Source: a virus
Lineage: Duplodnaviria; Caudoviricetes
Reading direction: 5' to 3' (one strand)
Length of the DNA: 52,496 nucleotides
IMG/VR virus record: IMGVR_UViG_3300020131_000006
Location: 1-52,496 of that record
Under the pieces are notes generated by a model, which did no database searches, had not been told where the DNA came from, and worked only from the letters and a program-made list of their open reading frames with translations. The translations under genes were made by a program, and so were the position numbers. Positions 1 through 9,013 of this stretch are shown here, piece by piece. The first letter of the stretch is position 1. Each line of letters opens with the position of its first letter.

Positions 1-148
1 GGTGCTTTGGTTGGACTTTGATAAAACTGCTGAGATGATTAAGTTCCAACAGTCCTATGGTTATCTCTTTGATTCTATTGAGATTGTCTCTACGGAGAAA
101 GACCCAAAGGAATATTCCACTGAGGAAATTAAAAACCTTTTGACATAA
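1..148 (+). CDS. C-terminal end of DNA primase (Toprim), truncated by window edge
   Basis: Frame 2 reads VLWLDFDK...STEKDPKEY...LLT*; DxD and KDPK motifs; lies directly upstream of the helicase. Confidence 0.7.
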   Translation, partial: VLWLDFDKTAEMIKFQQSYGYLFDSIEIVSTEKDPKEYSTEEIKNLLT

Positions 149-168
149 GGTATTTTATATGGTATAAT
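140..168 (+). promoter_or_regulatory. sigma70 promoter upstream of helicase
   Basis: TTGACA (140-145), 17 bp, TATAAT (163-168) with extended -10 TG. Confidence 0.85.
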
Positions 169-197
169 TAATATATAATATAATAATAAATATAAAT

Positions 198-1436
198 ATG
201 AATATAGATATAATAATAATAAAAATATTATTAAATAAAGATATATTTAATAAATATTTTAATGTAATAGATTTAAATTACTATAAAAATAATAACAAAG
301 AACTTTACAAAGTCTTTGCTATCCTTCCAACACTTCACGAGAAAGCAACAGAGGATGCTTCTCTAGAAGATTTAATCTTGTTCTTCTTTACTCAATATCC
401 ACTTCTTAAACCTGAAGAGAAAGTTCTGTACGAGAACATCTTCAAGCAGGTCACAGAAGCAGAAGTAGATGCTGGTATGGCTATTGACTATCTGGAGAAA
501 CATCGGCAGCACGTCTTAGCCACTAACCTTGCTCTCAAGTGTCTGGATGTAACAAGAGGCAAGGGAAGCATTTCTGAGGTCATAGAGCTTCTAAACAACG
601 AGCGCCCTATCGAGACTATCAACGAAGAATCTTTGTTCGTCTCAGACGATTTGGATGTGCTTGCTGATACTGTTTCAACTGACTCAGGGTTGCGCTGGAG
701 ACTTCAAACCCTAAACAATATGATTGGGCCGCTAAGGAAAGGTAACTTCGGGTTCATCTTCAAAAGACCGGAGACAGGCGGAACTACTCTGCTAGCATCT
801 GAAGTTAGTTTCATGGCAGAGCAAGTAGATAATCCTATCGTATGGTTCAACAACGAAGAAGTAGGAAGCAAGGTAATGCTTCGGTGTTACCAAGCAGTAT
901 TTGGAATTACGCAACAAGAACTATTCACCAACCTTGATTACTACAAAGAAGAATACAACAGGCGCATTGCGGGACGAATTAAAATCTATGATGAAGCGTC
1001 AATCAAAAAGGCAACTGTTGAGAAAATCTGTGCAGAACTAAATCCGTCAGTTATTATCTTTGACCAAATTGACAAGATTGCTTGGTATGAATCTGAACGA
1101 TATGACTTGAAGATGAAAGCTATCTATCAGTGGGCGCGTGAGTTAGCAAAAACATACGGGCCTACTATCGGAGTATGTCAAGCTGGTGGTACAGCAGAAG
1201 GTAAGAAGTATCTGACTATGAATGATGTTGACTCTTCACATACAGCGAAGCAGGGTGAGGCAGACTTCATGTTAGGTATTGGTAAGACCAACAACGATGG
1301 TGAAGAGTTTGTACGGTATCTTAGTGCCTGTAAGAATAAGCTAGACCCTGAGATTCCAGAACTTCGTCATGGTAAAATGTCAGTAATTATTCAACCCGAT
1401 ATTGCACGATATGAAGATGCAATGAAATGGAAATAG
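198..1436 (+). CDS. DnaB-like (SF4) replicative helicase
   Basis: RPETGGTT Walker A-like, IIFDQIDK Walker B, GVCQAG, KQGEADFMLGIG and KNKL motifs. Confidence 0.85.
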   Translation: MNIDIIIIKILLNKDIFNKYFNVIDLNYYKNNNKELYKVFAILPTLHEKATEDASLEDLILFFFTQYPLLKPEEKVLYENIFKQVTEAEVDAGMAIDYLEKHRQHVLATNLALKCLDVTRGKGSISEVIELLNNERPIETINEESLFVSDDLDVLADTVSTDSGLRWRLQTLNNMIGPLRKGNFGFIFKRPETGGTTLLASEVSFMAEQVDNPIVWFNNEEVGSKVMLRCYQAVFGITQQELFTNLDYYKEEYNRRIAGRIKIYDEASIKKATVEKICAELNPSVIIFDQIDKIAWYESERYDLKMKAIYQWARELAKTYGPTIGVCQAGGTAEGKKYLTMNDVDSSHTAKQGEADFMLGIGKTNNDGEEFVRYLSACKNKLDPEIPELRHGKMSVIIQPDIARYEDAMKWK

Positions 1437-1445
1437 GAGAAACAA

Positions 1446-1604
1446 ATGGCTAGATATTATGTAGAGTTTACAGTAAATGGTGAAGAAGATGGATATGAAG
1501 TTGAGGCTTCTTGTGCATCTAAAGCAGAGGCAATTGTTCTATCGGAAAGCACAGTAGCCATTGTTGTTACCTCTGTTTCCGTAGTCGGAGAGTGTGGGTC
1601 ATAA
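1446..1604 (+). CDS. hypothetical protein (52 aa)
   Basis: AGGAGA RBS; MARYYVEFTVNGEEDG...; TAATG coupling to the next ORF. Confidence 0.6.
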   Translation: MARYYVEFTVNGEEDGYEVEASCASKAEAIVLSESTVAIVVTSVSVVGECGS

Positions 1605-1741
1605 TGTATTACAATAGAGAGCTAAATGATTCCTTGTTTGGTTGTCTGATATTGGAATACTTTTACACCAACGAGCATACATTCCCTGAAGGATACACTC
1701 TAGGGGATTTTCATGAACGACTTATGAATTGGATTACATGA
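1604..1741 (+). CDS. hypothetical protein (45 aa)
   Basis: TAATG overlap upstream and ATGA overlap with the polymerase start. Confidence 0.5.
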   Translation: MYYNRELNDSLFGCLILEYFYTNEHTFPEGYTLGDFHERLMNWIT

Positions 1742-2919
1742 GACTTGTATTCGACTTTGAAACCACTGGCGCACAGAGGAATAAAGGTCATCCATTCGAC
1801 TATGTAAATAAAGCCTGTAACATTGGATTTAGAGATATTGACACAAAGCAAGTATGGATATTTAGCCTAGAGTACGATGATGAACCTTACGGAGAGAACC
1901 TTAAGCAGATACAAGAACTGCTGGATAAGACGACACTTCTCATAGGGTTCAACATGAAGTTCGATATTCATTGGCTCAGACGGTACAATCTAAATCTGAG
2001 TCGGCTATGTCGTATCTTTGATTGTCAAGGTGCTTTCTTTATCAAGTCAGGACAGATGGTTAGATACCCATCTCTGAATGGGGTAGCAGAACACTTTGGC
2101 GCAGAGGCTAAACTAGATGTAGTAAAGGAAGAGTATTGGGACAAGGGTTTAGACACAGACCAAGTTCCGTACAGGCTACTCTGTGAGTACTTAGAGCAAG
2201 ACTTGGTTGTAACAGAACAAGTATTCTTTGAGCTTCAGAAGTGGCTAGAGTCCAGTTCTTTTGAGACTAAGCGGGTAGTATCAGTAACAATGCAAGACCT
2301 CTTGGTGTTAGAAGATATGGAATGGAATGGCATGTTATTTAATCGAGATAAGAGTATTAGAAAAGGAGACGAACTTGAAACAACAATTGAAGGAATTGAT
2401 AACCGCCTCAGAGAAATCTTTGGGCAGCCTTGGGCAAACATTAATAGTGGAGAGCATCTTTCTGCTTGCCTTTATGGTGGGACTGTTCTATTGGACGGTT
2501 ACGAGTCTTACACTTTTGTTTACAAAGATGGACGAGAAGCAGAAAAACAAAGAAAAGTCAAAGTCCCGCACACTTGCAAACCTTTGTTTAGCCCACTGGA
2601 AGGAACTGCTCTTGCAAAAGAAGGCTTCTATTCAACAGACGTTGGTACGCTTAAAAAACTTGGTGAGAAAGCCAAGGGGGTGCAACGGGAAGTCATCGAG
2701 CTTCTAACCAATCGAAGTAAACTTGAGAAACGTAGAGGCACATACTTCCATGGTATTCCCAAGAAGGCAATTGAGTTTAATTGGGAAGATAATGTAGTAC
2801 ATGCCAATCTGAATCAATGTGTTGCCAGAACAGGCCGGCTTAGTTCCGATAAACCAAACCTGCAAAACATTGAGGAAGATGTGAAAGAAGTATTTATTAC
2901 GAGGTTCTCCTATGGGTGA
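1738..2919 (+). CDS. DNA polymerase family A, N-terminal part (3'-5' exonuclease + thumb)
   Basis: FDFETT (ExoI), GFNMKFD (ExoII), YLEQD (ExoIII), TGRLSSDKPNLQNI; probable ATG at 1738. Confidence 0.9.
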   Translation: MRLVFDFETTGAQRNKGHPFDYVNKACNIGFRDIDTKQVWIFSLEYDDEPYGENLKQIQELLDKTTLLIGFNMKFDIHWLRRYNLNLSRLCRIFDCQGAFFIKSGQMVRYPSLNGVAEHFGAEAKLDVVKEEYWDKGLDTDQVPYRLLCEYLEQDLVVTEQVFFELQKWLESSSFETKRVVSVTMQDLLVLEDMEWNGMLFNRDKSIRKGDELETTIEGIDNRLREIFGQPWANINSGEHLSACLYGGTVLLDGYESYTFVYKDGREAEKQRKVKVPHTCKPLFSPLEGTALAKEGFYSTDVGTLKKLGEKAKGVQREVIELLTNRSKLEKRRGTYFHGIPKKAIEFNWEDNVVHANLNQCVARTGRLSSDKPNLQNIEEDVKEVFITRFSYG

Positions 2920-3157
2920 AATGGCAGAGTATTATTTGGAGCAAAGTCTATTTGGAGAAGATTGGGAATGGGCACACAACCCAATACCAAGACGAAGAAC
3001 TACATGGACAACCAGAGAAGGTAAGATACTAGAAATTTCCAAAATGGAAACTTCCCATATTAAGAACTGCATTAATTTACTTCGTAAGAAACAAATTCCA
3101 GTACCCTCTGAGTTTTACCGTGTTCTAAAAGAAAGGGGGGAAGGGAATGCTCGCTAA
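2912..3157 (+). CDS. small phage protein inserted between the polymerase halves
   Basis: 81-aa ORF overlapping both neighbours; WTTREG...METSHIKNCINLL; no nuclease motif. Confidence 0.7.
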   Translation: MGEMAEYYLEQSLFGEDWEWAHNPIPRRRTTWTTREGKILEISKMETSHIKNCINLLRKKQIPVPSEFYRVLKERGEGNAR

Positions 3158-3899
3158 CTTCGACGCAGCACAACTAGAATGGAGAGCTTTTGCTCACCTT
3201 TCTGGAGATAAAACAGCTATCCGTGAGATTAACGAAGGTTTGGACTTCCACTCTGATAATCAGGAAAAGTTTAAACTTCCTTCTCGTCTGGTAGCTAAAG
3301 TCTTTCTATTTAGAAACATCTACTGTCCTTGGTGGTTGGCTGAACGGACCGCATATGCTTATTCGGTTGACAATGACTTTAAGGATGTGGGTGGTGTTAA
3401 GTTTTGGAGAGCTGCTATTGATGCTTTCTATGAAAAATACACAGGAGGTTATGAGTACCACAAGAAGCTCAAGAATGAGGCTACAACTACAGGGCAAATC
3501 ATTAGTGAAACAGGCCGCATCCATCCTATTCAGCCCGTCCTCAGACGTGGGCAAATGGAATGGCCTGATAGTGACATAGCCAACTATCCTGTTCAGGGCT
3601 TCAGCGCCGACCTAATGGCCTTGGCGCGGGTGTCTGCGTGGAATAGACTGCGGGAATATCGAGAGAGAGGCGAAGTATTATTCGTTAATTCAGTACATGA
3701 CTCGATAGTTCTTGACATAAATACAGATGAATGGTATAATATTTGTATAACTATGAAAAAGACGTTCAGAGATATTCCTGCGAACTTCGAGAAAATATAC
3801 GGGAAGAAACTTTTGGTTCCTATGGATTCAGATGCAAAGGTAGGAGTCAATTGGTTGTGGCAACATAAAATACAAATACAAGAAAAGGATTTACATTAA
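3147..3899 (+). CDS. DNA polymerase family A, C-terminal catalytic part
   Basis: Motif A FDAAQLEWR, motif B RLVAKVFLF..IY, ANYPVQG, motif C VHDS. Confidence 0.9.
   Translation: MLANFDAAQLEWRAFAHLSGDKTAIREINEGLDFHSDNQEKFKLPSRLVAKVFLFRNIYCPWWLAERTAYAYSVDNDFKDVGGVKFWRAAIDAFYEKYTGGYEYHKKLKNEATTTGQIISETGRIHPIQPVLRRGQMEWPDSDIANYPVQGFSADLMALARVSAWNRLREYRERGEVLFVNSVHDSIVLDINTDEWYNICITMKKTFRDIPANFEKIYGKKLLVPMDSDAKVGVNWLWQHKIQIQEKDLH
3712..3740 (+). promoter_or_regulatory. sigma70 promoter inside the polymerase 3' end
   Basis: TTGACA (3712-3717), 17 bp, TATAAT (3735-3740), extended -10 TG. Confidence 0.8.
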
Positions 3900-4057
3900 T
3901 GGCATTAACTATTAGAAAGTTTTTAGCTTTTCCGTTTGCTTTAGTGGGGGCGTTACTTTTGGTAATCTCTCTACCCATTCGACATAGTTTAGAAGATGCA
4001 ACAAAGATTGTTGAAGGTTTTTCGGAAGTGCTTGACAAAGTAAAGGGAAGTAAATAA
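3899..4057 (+). CDS. small membrane protein (52 aa)
   Basis: MALTIRKFLAFPFALVGALLLVISLP...; TAATG coupling at both ends. Confidence 0.6.
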   Translation: MALTIRKFLAFPFALVGALLLVISLPIRHSLEDATKIVEGFSEVLDKVKGSK

Positions 4058-4644
4058 TGGCTACAGTTTTAGGTACGGTCATATCAGTTAGTCTAGAAAC
4101 AGAAGTAAAGAAGCAAGGTGGTGGTAGTTACAAAGGTTGGGAACTTGTGTATCGTAGCGACAATAATGAAGTACGCACTATCGCAAAGCCGGTACAGGGT
4201 CTTCGATTTAATGCTGCATTGAAGAATTCTTTGAGTTCTCTTAATGCTGGAGACCAGTTCACTCTGACTCAAGAGAAGAATGCACAAGGCTTCAACGATG
4301 TAAAGTCTATCACAAAGGGTTGGGATGCAGCAGCGGGAGACCCCGTAGCAACGCAAGCACCACCCACAGTGGCAGCAGCACAGAAGCAAGCAGCACCTAG
4401 CAATACGTACACTCAGCGGGATTATGAGACTAAGGAAGAACGAGAAAAGAAACAGAAGTTTATTATCCGTCAGTCCAGTATCTCTAATGCTATTGAGTTA
4501 CTTTCGGTTGGTGCGAAGGCAGCCCCAAAGAAAGAGGAAGTGCTAGAACTGGCTCAAGAGTTTGTAAACTTTGTGTATGAAGGTACACCGCAAGAAGTAG
4601 CACTACAAGCAGTAGCAGACATTGAGGACGACATTCCTTACTAA
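4057..4644 (+). CDS. putative single-stranded DNA-binding protein
   Basis: Beta-rich N-terminus, flexible linker, acidic-aromatic tail DIEDDIPY; sits in the replication module. Confidence 0.55.
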   Translation: MATVLGTVISVSLETEVKKQGGGSYKGWELVYRSDNNEVRTIAKPVQGLRFNAALKNSLSSLNAGDQFTLTQEKNAQGFNDVKSITKGWDAAAGDPVATQAPPTVAAAQKQAAPSNTYTQRDYETKEEREKKQKFIIRQSSISNAIELLSVGAKAAPKKEEVLELAQEFVNFVYEGTPQEVALQAVADIEDDIPY

Positions 4645-4660
4645 GTTACAAGCTTGTAAT
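4645..4660. repeat. 16-bp palindromic motif, copy 1
   Basis: GTTACAAGCTTGTAAT directly after a stop codon. Confidence 0.85.
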
Positions 4661-4688
4661 CCATAATAATAAGAAAAGAGAATAATAA

Positions 4689-5054
4689 ATGAAATCACTT
4701 CTAATTGCTATTTTGGCAACTCTCACATTCTCAGCGTTCGCTGCTGATAATGACATTAAACTGGCAGTACCTAACGACAACAATGGTCACATTGTCCTGA
4801 CTCTAGAACCATGTGATGTTAAGTTCCAAGGCCCTGTTCCAGACACTCTCTACCGTGCATACGCAACTCAGGATGAGAATACCCCACGTCAAGTAATCTA
4901 TGAAGGTTGCTGGTCTGCTGGTATCCCACCCGCAAATGAAGAAGCTCAAGGTGCTATTCCTATTGTGAATATCTACACTGATGATGGTCGAGTGTACTCC
5001 CAACCCCTGAAGGATTTTAAGAAGTACAAGCCAGCTAATCAAGTAGACATTTAA
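4689..5054 (+). CDS. secreted/periplasmic hypothetical protein
   Basis: Sec-type signal peptide MKSLLIAILATLTFSAFA; two Cys. Confidence 0.7.
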   Translation: MKSLLIAILATLTFSAFAADNDIKLAVPNDNNGHIVLTLEPCDVKFQGPVPDTLYRAYATQDENTPRQVIYEGCWSAGIPPANEEAQGAIPIVNIYTDDGRVYSQPLKDFKKYKPANQVDI

Positions 5055-5057
5055 TAG

Positions 5058-5885
5058 ATGAAAGCCCTCGTAGATGCGGATATTCTACTTTATCGGGTAG
5101 GGTATACGACTCAGGAAGAACCAGAGGGAATTGCTCAGTATAGGATGGAAGAACTTGTCAATCGGATATTGGAAAGTGTAGAGGCAACAAGCTATGCTTT
5201 CTATTTATCTGATGGGCGAACTTCCACCTTCCGAGCAAAAATAAATCCAGATTATAAGGCAAACAGAACTCAGCCTAAACCTATACACTACGACATGCTC
5301 AAGCGATATTTGATTGAGGCATGGAACGCAGAGGTACAGGTAGAACAAGAAGCTGATGATGCTCTAGGGATAGCTCAGTGGGCAGACTACTCATGGGGTT
5401 TATCTGAAGCATCAGAGTCAGACACAGACCCTGCGTGGGTTGCTGAGACTGTTATCTGCTCTATTGATAAGGATTTGTTACAGATTCCCGGACACCATTA
5501 TAACTTTGTCAAGGAAGAACATAGATACATCACCCCTGAAGAGGGACTTATCTTCTTCTACCAACAATTGCTTATAGGTGACACAGCCGATAACATTAAA
5601 GGGGTTGCCGGTATAGGCCCCAAGAAAGCAGAGAAACTTCTAAGCGGGATGGAAGGTAAGCCCGAAGAAGAAATCTTTAAAGTTGTCCAAGACGCATATC
5701 GAGATTGGTTGCAGCTAGAATGGGCTGACCAGTACGAAGAGTGGGGAGACTTTGAAGAAAAGCAAATGAATAACATCATTCTCATGAATGGTCAATGTCT
5801 AAAAATAAGAACAATAAAGGACGAAGTATGGAATTTCAAGAAAACATTCAATTTAAAACCCGAAACAATACCGACGTTAGGGTAG
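5058..5885 (+). CDS. 5'-3' exonuclease (FEN/T7 gp6-like)
   Basis: LVDADILLY, YKANR, EADD, SIDKDLLQIPG, GDTADNIKGVAGIGPKKA. Confidence 0.9.
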   Translation: MKALVDADILLYRVGYTTQEEPEGIAQYRMEELVNRILESVEATSYAFYLSDGRTSTFRAKINPDYKANRTQPKPIHYDMLKRYLIEAWNAEVQVEQEADDALGIAQWADYSWGLSEASESDTDPAWVAETVICSIDKDLLQIPGHHYNFVKEEHRYITPEEGLIFFYQQLLIGDTADNIKGVAGIGPKKAEKLLSGMEGKPEEEIFKVVQDAYRDWLQLEWADQYEEWGDFEEKQMNNIILMNGQCLKIRTIKDEVWNFKKTFNLKPETIPTLG

Positions 5886-6049
5886 ACCACCTTACCACAC
5901 ACTCCATCACTGGAGCCTATCGCAACGGAGCAAACTGGATTGAGGCTGTATGGGACGAGTCCGGTAGCTTCATGTTAGACGGCTCTGACCACCCTCTAGA
6001 CATTATCTTTGATAACTCCAAGATTAAAAATGCTCTTGGCAGGGCCTAA
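5828..6049 (+). CDS. hypothetical protein
   Basis: ORF track 5795-6049; probable ATG at 5828 after AAGGA; TAATG coupling downstream. Confidence 0.55.
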   Translation: MEFQENIQFKTRNNTDVRVDHLTTHSITGAYRNGANWIEAVWDESGSFMLDGSDHPLDIIFDNSKIKNALGRA

Positions 6050-6435
6050 TGTCTTGGACTGAAGGTCGACGCAAGGCATTTATAACATCTACCATTCGTA
6101 GCGGATTCAGAAGGTATCCAGAGAAGTTTGAAGTACTAAAGGAAGCAGCAGTCGGTAAAAAAATAAATAGCAAGTCCGGCAGAATGGCTCTCCATTATAA
6201 ATGTGCCTCATGCTCTAAGAGCTTCCCAACTAAAGAAGTACAAGTAGACCATATCAATCCAGTGGTTGACCCCATTGTAGGATTTAAAGATTGGGATACA
6301 TTCATTTCTAGGTTGTTCTGTTCTAAAGAGAACCTTCAAGTATTGTGTTTAGAATGCCATAAGAAGAAAACGAAGTCTGAAAAAGAGCAACGCGATAAGT
6401 CCTTAAAGAGCTTATCTAAAAAGGATAAAGAATGA
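6049..6435 (+). CDS. HNH endonuclease
   Basis: CASC...VDHINP...NLQVLCLECH. Confidence 0.85.
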   Translation: MSWTEGRRKAFITSTIRSGFRRYPEKFEVLKEAAVGKKINSKSGRMALHYKCASCSKSFPTKEVQVDHINPVVDPIVGFKDWDTFISRLFCSKENLQVLCLECHKKKTKSEKEQRDKSLKSLSKKDKE

Positions 6436-6662
6436 TTATAGTTCGTAATGTGCGTCAGTTAGAGGATGGAACCTACCAACTCACTTGGAATTTAGCACCT
6501 GACCAAATTGAGTTTCTATTAACTTTTGCTATCAATCATCTGTTAGCTGAAGGTTTAGTGAGTATCGAAGACCAAGCACCGGAGAGTCCTGAAGAAGCTA
6601 AGAAGCAACGAGAGCTTGACTTTCTCAATGATTTAGATGAAGAGGATTTACACCAAGCATGA
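6432..6662 (+). CDS. hypothetical protein
   Basis: ATGA-coupled 76-aa ORF. Confidence 0.65.
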   Translation: MIIVRNVRQLEDGTYQLTWNLAPDQIEFLLTFAINHLLAEGLVSIEDQAPESPEEAKKQRELDFLNDLDEEDLHQA

Positions 6663-6886
6663 GTAAGAATGACGTAACTGGCGATGAAATTAAATCAAAA
6701 GTTCCTTCTAAAGAGTTCCTAGATAACTATGACCGCATCTTCCGTAATCGAATAGATACTATCGGACAGAACGGTAACGAAGGACTCCACTACGATGCTC
6801 TATGTAATATCTGCGGGAAGGAACTAGAAAAGGTCACAGAATGTGCATGGACTTCATGCCCAAAGTGGCTAAGGGAAACTAAATGA
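6659..6886 (+). CDS. hypothetical protein with Cys cluster
   Basis: ATGA-coupled; NDVTGDEIKSK..NYDRIF, CNIC...C....C. Confidence 0.65.
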   Translation: MSKNDVTGDEIKSKVPSKEFLDNYDRIFRNRIDTIGQNGNEGLHYDALCNICGKELEKVTECAWTSCPKWLRETK

Positions 6887-7626
6887 AAATACTTCTGCTG
6901 GACATTGAAACAGCACCAAGCCTTGCATACATTTGGGGAATCTGGCAAGAGAACATCCCACTTGAGAGGTTGTTAGAATCTGGATATATCTTGTGTTGGG
7001 CTGCTAAATGGTTAGGTGAGGATGAAATCTTTTTCGATTCCGTCCAAACAAAGAGTCAGAAGGGTATGCTGAGAACCATCTATAAACTGCTCGATGAAGC
7101 TGATGCAGTTATGCACTACAATGGGAAGAAGTTTGACATTCCTACTCTTAATAGAGAATTTGTAGAGGTTGGTTGGACTCCACCTTCTCCCTATAAACAG
7201 ATAGACTTGTTGGAAACAGTTAGAGGTAACTTTAAACTACCGTCATACAAGTTAGAGTATGTGGCTAAATTCTTCGGGATTGGTGAAAAGTTTAAGCACA
7301 GTGGTTTCTCTGTGTGGGATGGTTGCATTAGGGGTGATAAAGCATCTTGGGAAGAAATGTCAAAGTATAACAAGATTGACACTACACTTCTAGAAGCTCT
7401 TTACTTTAAACTCCAACCTTGGATTAAACGTCATCCCAACTATTCTCTGTACTCAGATGATAGGATGGTATGTCCTAACTGCGGTGGTCATCACTTGGTT
7501 AAACGTGGTACACATAAGACACTACATAGTATCTTCCAAAGATACAAATGTAAGGGTTGTGGTAAATGGTGTCACGATAACAAGCGACTCAACGCTCAAG
7601 AGTTTAAGACTGTGGGTATAGAATGA
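6883..7626 (+). CDS. DnaQ/RNase H-like 3'-5' exonuclease with C-terminal Zn ribbon
   Basis: LDIET, HYNGKKFD, YNKID; CPNC...CKGC. Confidence 0.8.
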   Translation: MKILLLDIETAPSLAYIWGIWQENIPLERLLESGYILCWAAKWLGEDEIFFDSVQTKSQKGMLRTIYKLLDEADAVMHYNGKKFDIPTLNREFVEVGWTPPSPYKQIDLLETVRGNFKLPSYKLEYVAKFFGIGEKFKHSGFSVWDGCIRGDKASWEEMSKYNKIDTTLLEALYFKLQPWIKRHPNYSLYSDDRMVCPNCGGHHLVKRGTHKTLHSIFQRYKCKGCGKWCHDNKRLNAQEFKTVGIE

Positions 7627-7904
7627 CACAAGTAGAAAAACAACTGGCTATTACCAAGCTGGTAAAGAGAATGGTACAACTCACACAGGAACTGGAGTTA
7701 GCCTCTATGGATATGAAGGCATATGCTGTGCCTCTATCCAAGGGGCAGTTTCCTTCCTCTTGGGCAAAAGAAGTAAATAGAGCCTTCGAATCCTATGCTA
7801 CTGAAGCACGTCGGATTGCAGAAGCCTATGCTGAATTGTTCAAAGAGGATATAGAAGCTCCAGAAGAACCTAAACAAGAGATTAAGAAAAGGAAAAGGAA
7901 GTGA
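7623..7904 (+). CDS. hypothetical protein
   Basis: ATGA-coupled helical 93-aa ORF. Confidence 0.6.
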   Translation: MTQVEKQLAITKLVKRMVQLTQELELASMDMKAYAVPLSKGQFPSSWAKEVNRAFESYATEARRIAEAYAELFKEDIEAPEEPKQEIKKRKRK

Positions 7905-7905
7905 T

Positions 7906-8289
7906 ATGGATAATAGGAATATTGGGAGTAGTGATTCTGCTGTTACTGAGCAAGCCACGGAAGAAATCAATCCTGCAAAGAAAACCCCCTTACAAATCCG
8001 GCAAGCGACGCTAGACCAAGCTAAGGAATATACTTCTAAAGACCGCAACAGTGCATATGGTGAACCAGAAGATAACTTTCGTAACATTGCTACTTTATGG
8101 GATGCTTACCTATTTGCTAAATATCCGGGGTCTAAGCGGTTTCTCTTTGCTCCAGAAGATGTAGCAATTATGAACATTCTTCTGAAGGTGGCCCGACTTT
8201 CTACTAACCCTACCCATAAGGATAGCTGGATTGACACGGCTGGTTATGCCGCCTGTGGTGCTGGCATTGCCTTAAAAGGACTAGATTAA
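7906..8289 (+). CDS. DUF6378-like phage protein
   Basis: DRNSAYGEPEDNF..IATLW, LKVARL, DSWIDTAGYAACG. Confidence 0.7.
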   Translation: MDNRNIGSSDSAVTEQATEEINPAKKTPLQIRQATLDQAKEYTSKDRNSAYGEPEDNFRNIATLWDAYLFAKYPGSKRFLFAPEDVAIMNILLKVARLSTNPTHKDSWIDTAGYAACGAGIALKGLD

Positions 8290-8835
8290 ATGAACAATGA
8301 GCCTTGGATTCAGACGTACACAGGAAAAAAGTTTTATTTCTTAAACCCAACTCCTGACATGATTGATGTAGAAGACATTGCCCACGCTCTCTCTATGCAG
8401 GTACGGTTCGGTGGACACATTAACAAGTTCTACTCTGTGGCAGAACATTCTGTTTATGTGAGTGAGCTAGTTGGTAAATCTGATAAGATGGGAGCATTGT
8501 TTCATGACGCAAGTGAGGCGTATATCGCTGACATTGTGAGTCCTCTGAAAGAACATCTTCGGAATTATAGAGAGATTGAGGATAAGTTGATGTGGGCTAT
8601 TTCTAAGAAGTTTGGGTTTGAGTATCCTTTCCATCCAGACATTCACGATGCAGACCACGCTCAACTGAAGACTGAAGCTAAGGCTCTATTGAATCACTTT
8701 CCTACATGGTTAGCTGATTACCCAACAACCCGTGCTGGTGGAGTTCAACCTTATGGGTTGGCTCCTGAGAAAGCTAAAGCATTATTCTTAGGAACTTATA
8801 TGTTCCTTACTACTGGAGATATGAAATATGCGTGA
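8290..8835 (+). CDS. HD-domain phosphohydrolase (YfbR/YfdR-like 5'-deoxynucleotidase)
   Basis: EDIAHALS..RFGGH..YSVAEHS, LFHDASEAY. Confidence 0.85.
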   Translation: MNNEPWIQTYTGKKFYFLNPTPDMIDVEDIAHALSMQVRFGGHINKFYSVAEHSVYVSELVGKSDKMGALFHDASEAYIADIVSPLKEHLRNYREIEDKLMWAISKKFGFEYPFHPDIHDADHAQLKTEAKALLNHFPTWLADYPTTRAGGVQPYGLAPEKAKALFLGTYMFLTTGDMKYA

Positions 8836-9013
8836 AATGAAAATTCGTAAAACAAAAAATGAACGATATATTGTTTCTATTTTTGAAGAAAATGAATGGG
8901 AGAGTGAAGAGTATGCTTTCACAAGTATTTGGGAAGCTACTTTATTTATTCAGAATATATACGACCCTCCAGTACCACGAGCACAGGAACAGACAGATGA
9001 TAACCCTTTCTAA
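8828..9013 (+). CDS. hypothetical protein
   Basis: 61-aa ORF with GGAG RBS, overlapping both neighbours. Confidence 0.55.
   Translation: MREMKIRKTKNERYIVSIFEENEWESEEYAFTSIWEATLFIQNIYDPPVPRAQEQTDDNPF

Noticed and set aside
2912-3157. Group I intron homing endonuclease or intein in the polymerase
   Set aside because: No HNH, GIY-YIG or LAGLIDADG motif, no intein termini, and the ORF fills the gap leaving no evident ribozyme core. Not formally excluded without a covariance search.
7906-8835. 2-aminoadenine (Z-genome) pathway suggested by the HD hydrolase
   Set aside because: No PurZ/adenylosuccinate synthetase-like gene in the window; the HD protein looks like the common YfbR/YfdR type.
8859-8996. 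Upstream extension of the 211-aa ORF in the track
   Set aside because: It overlaps ORF 8828-9013; the ATG at 8997 with an AGGA RBS puts the TM helix at the N-terminus, as expected for a spanin.
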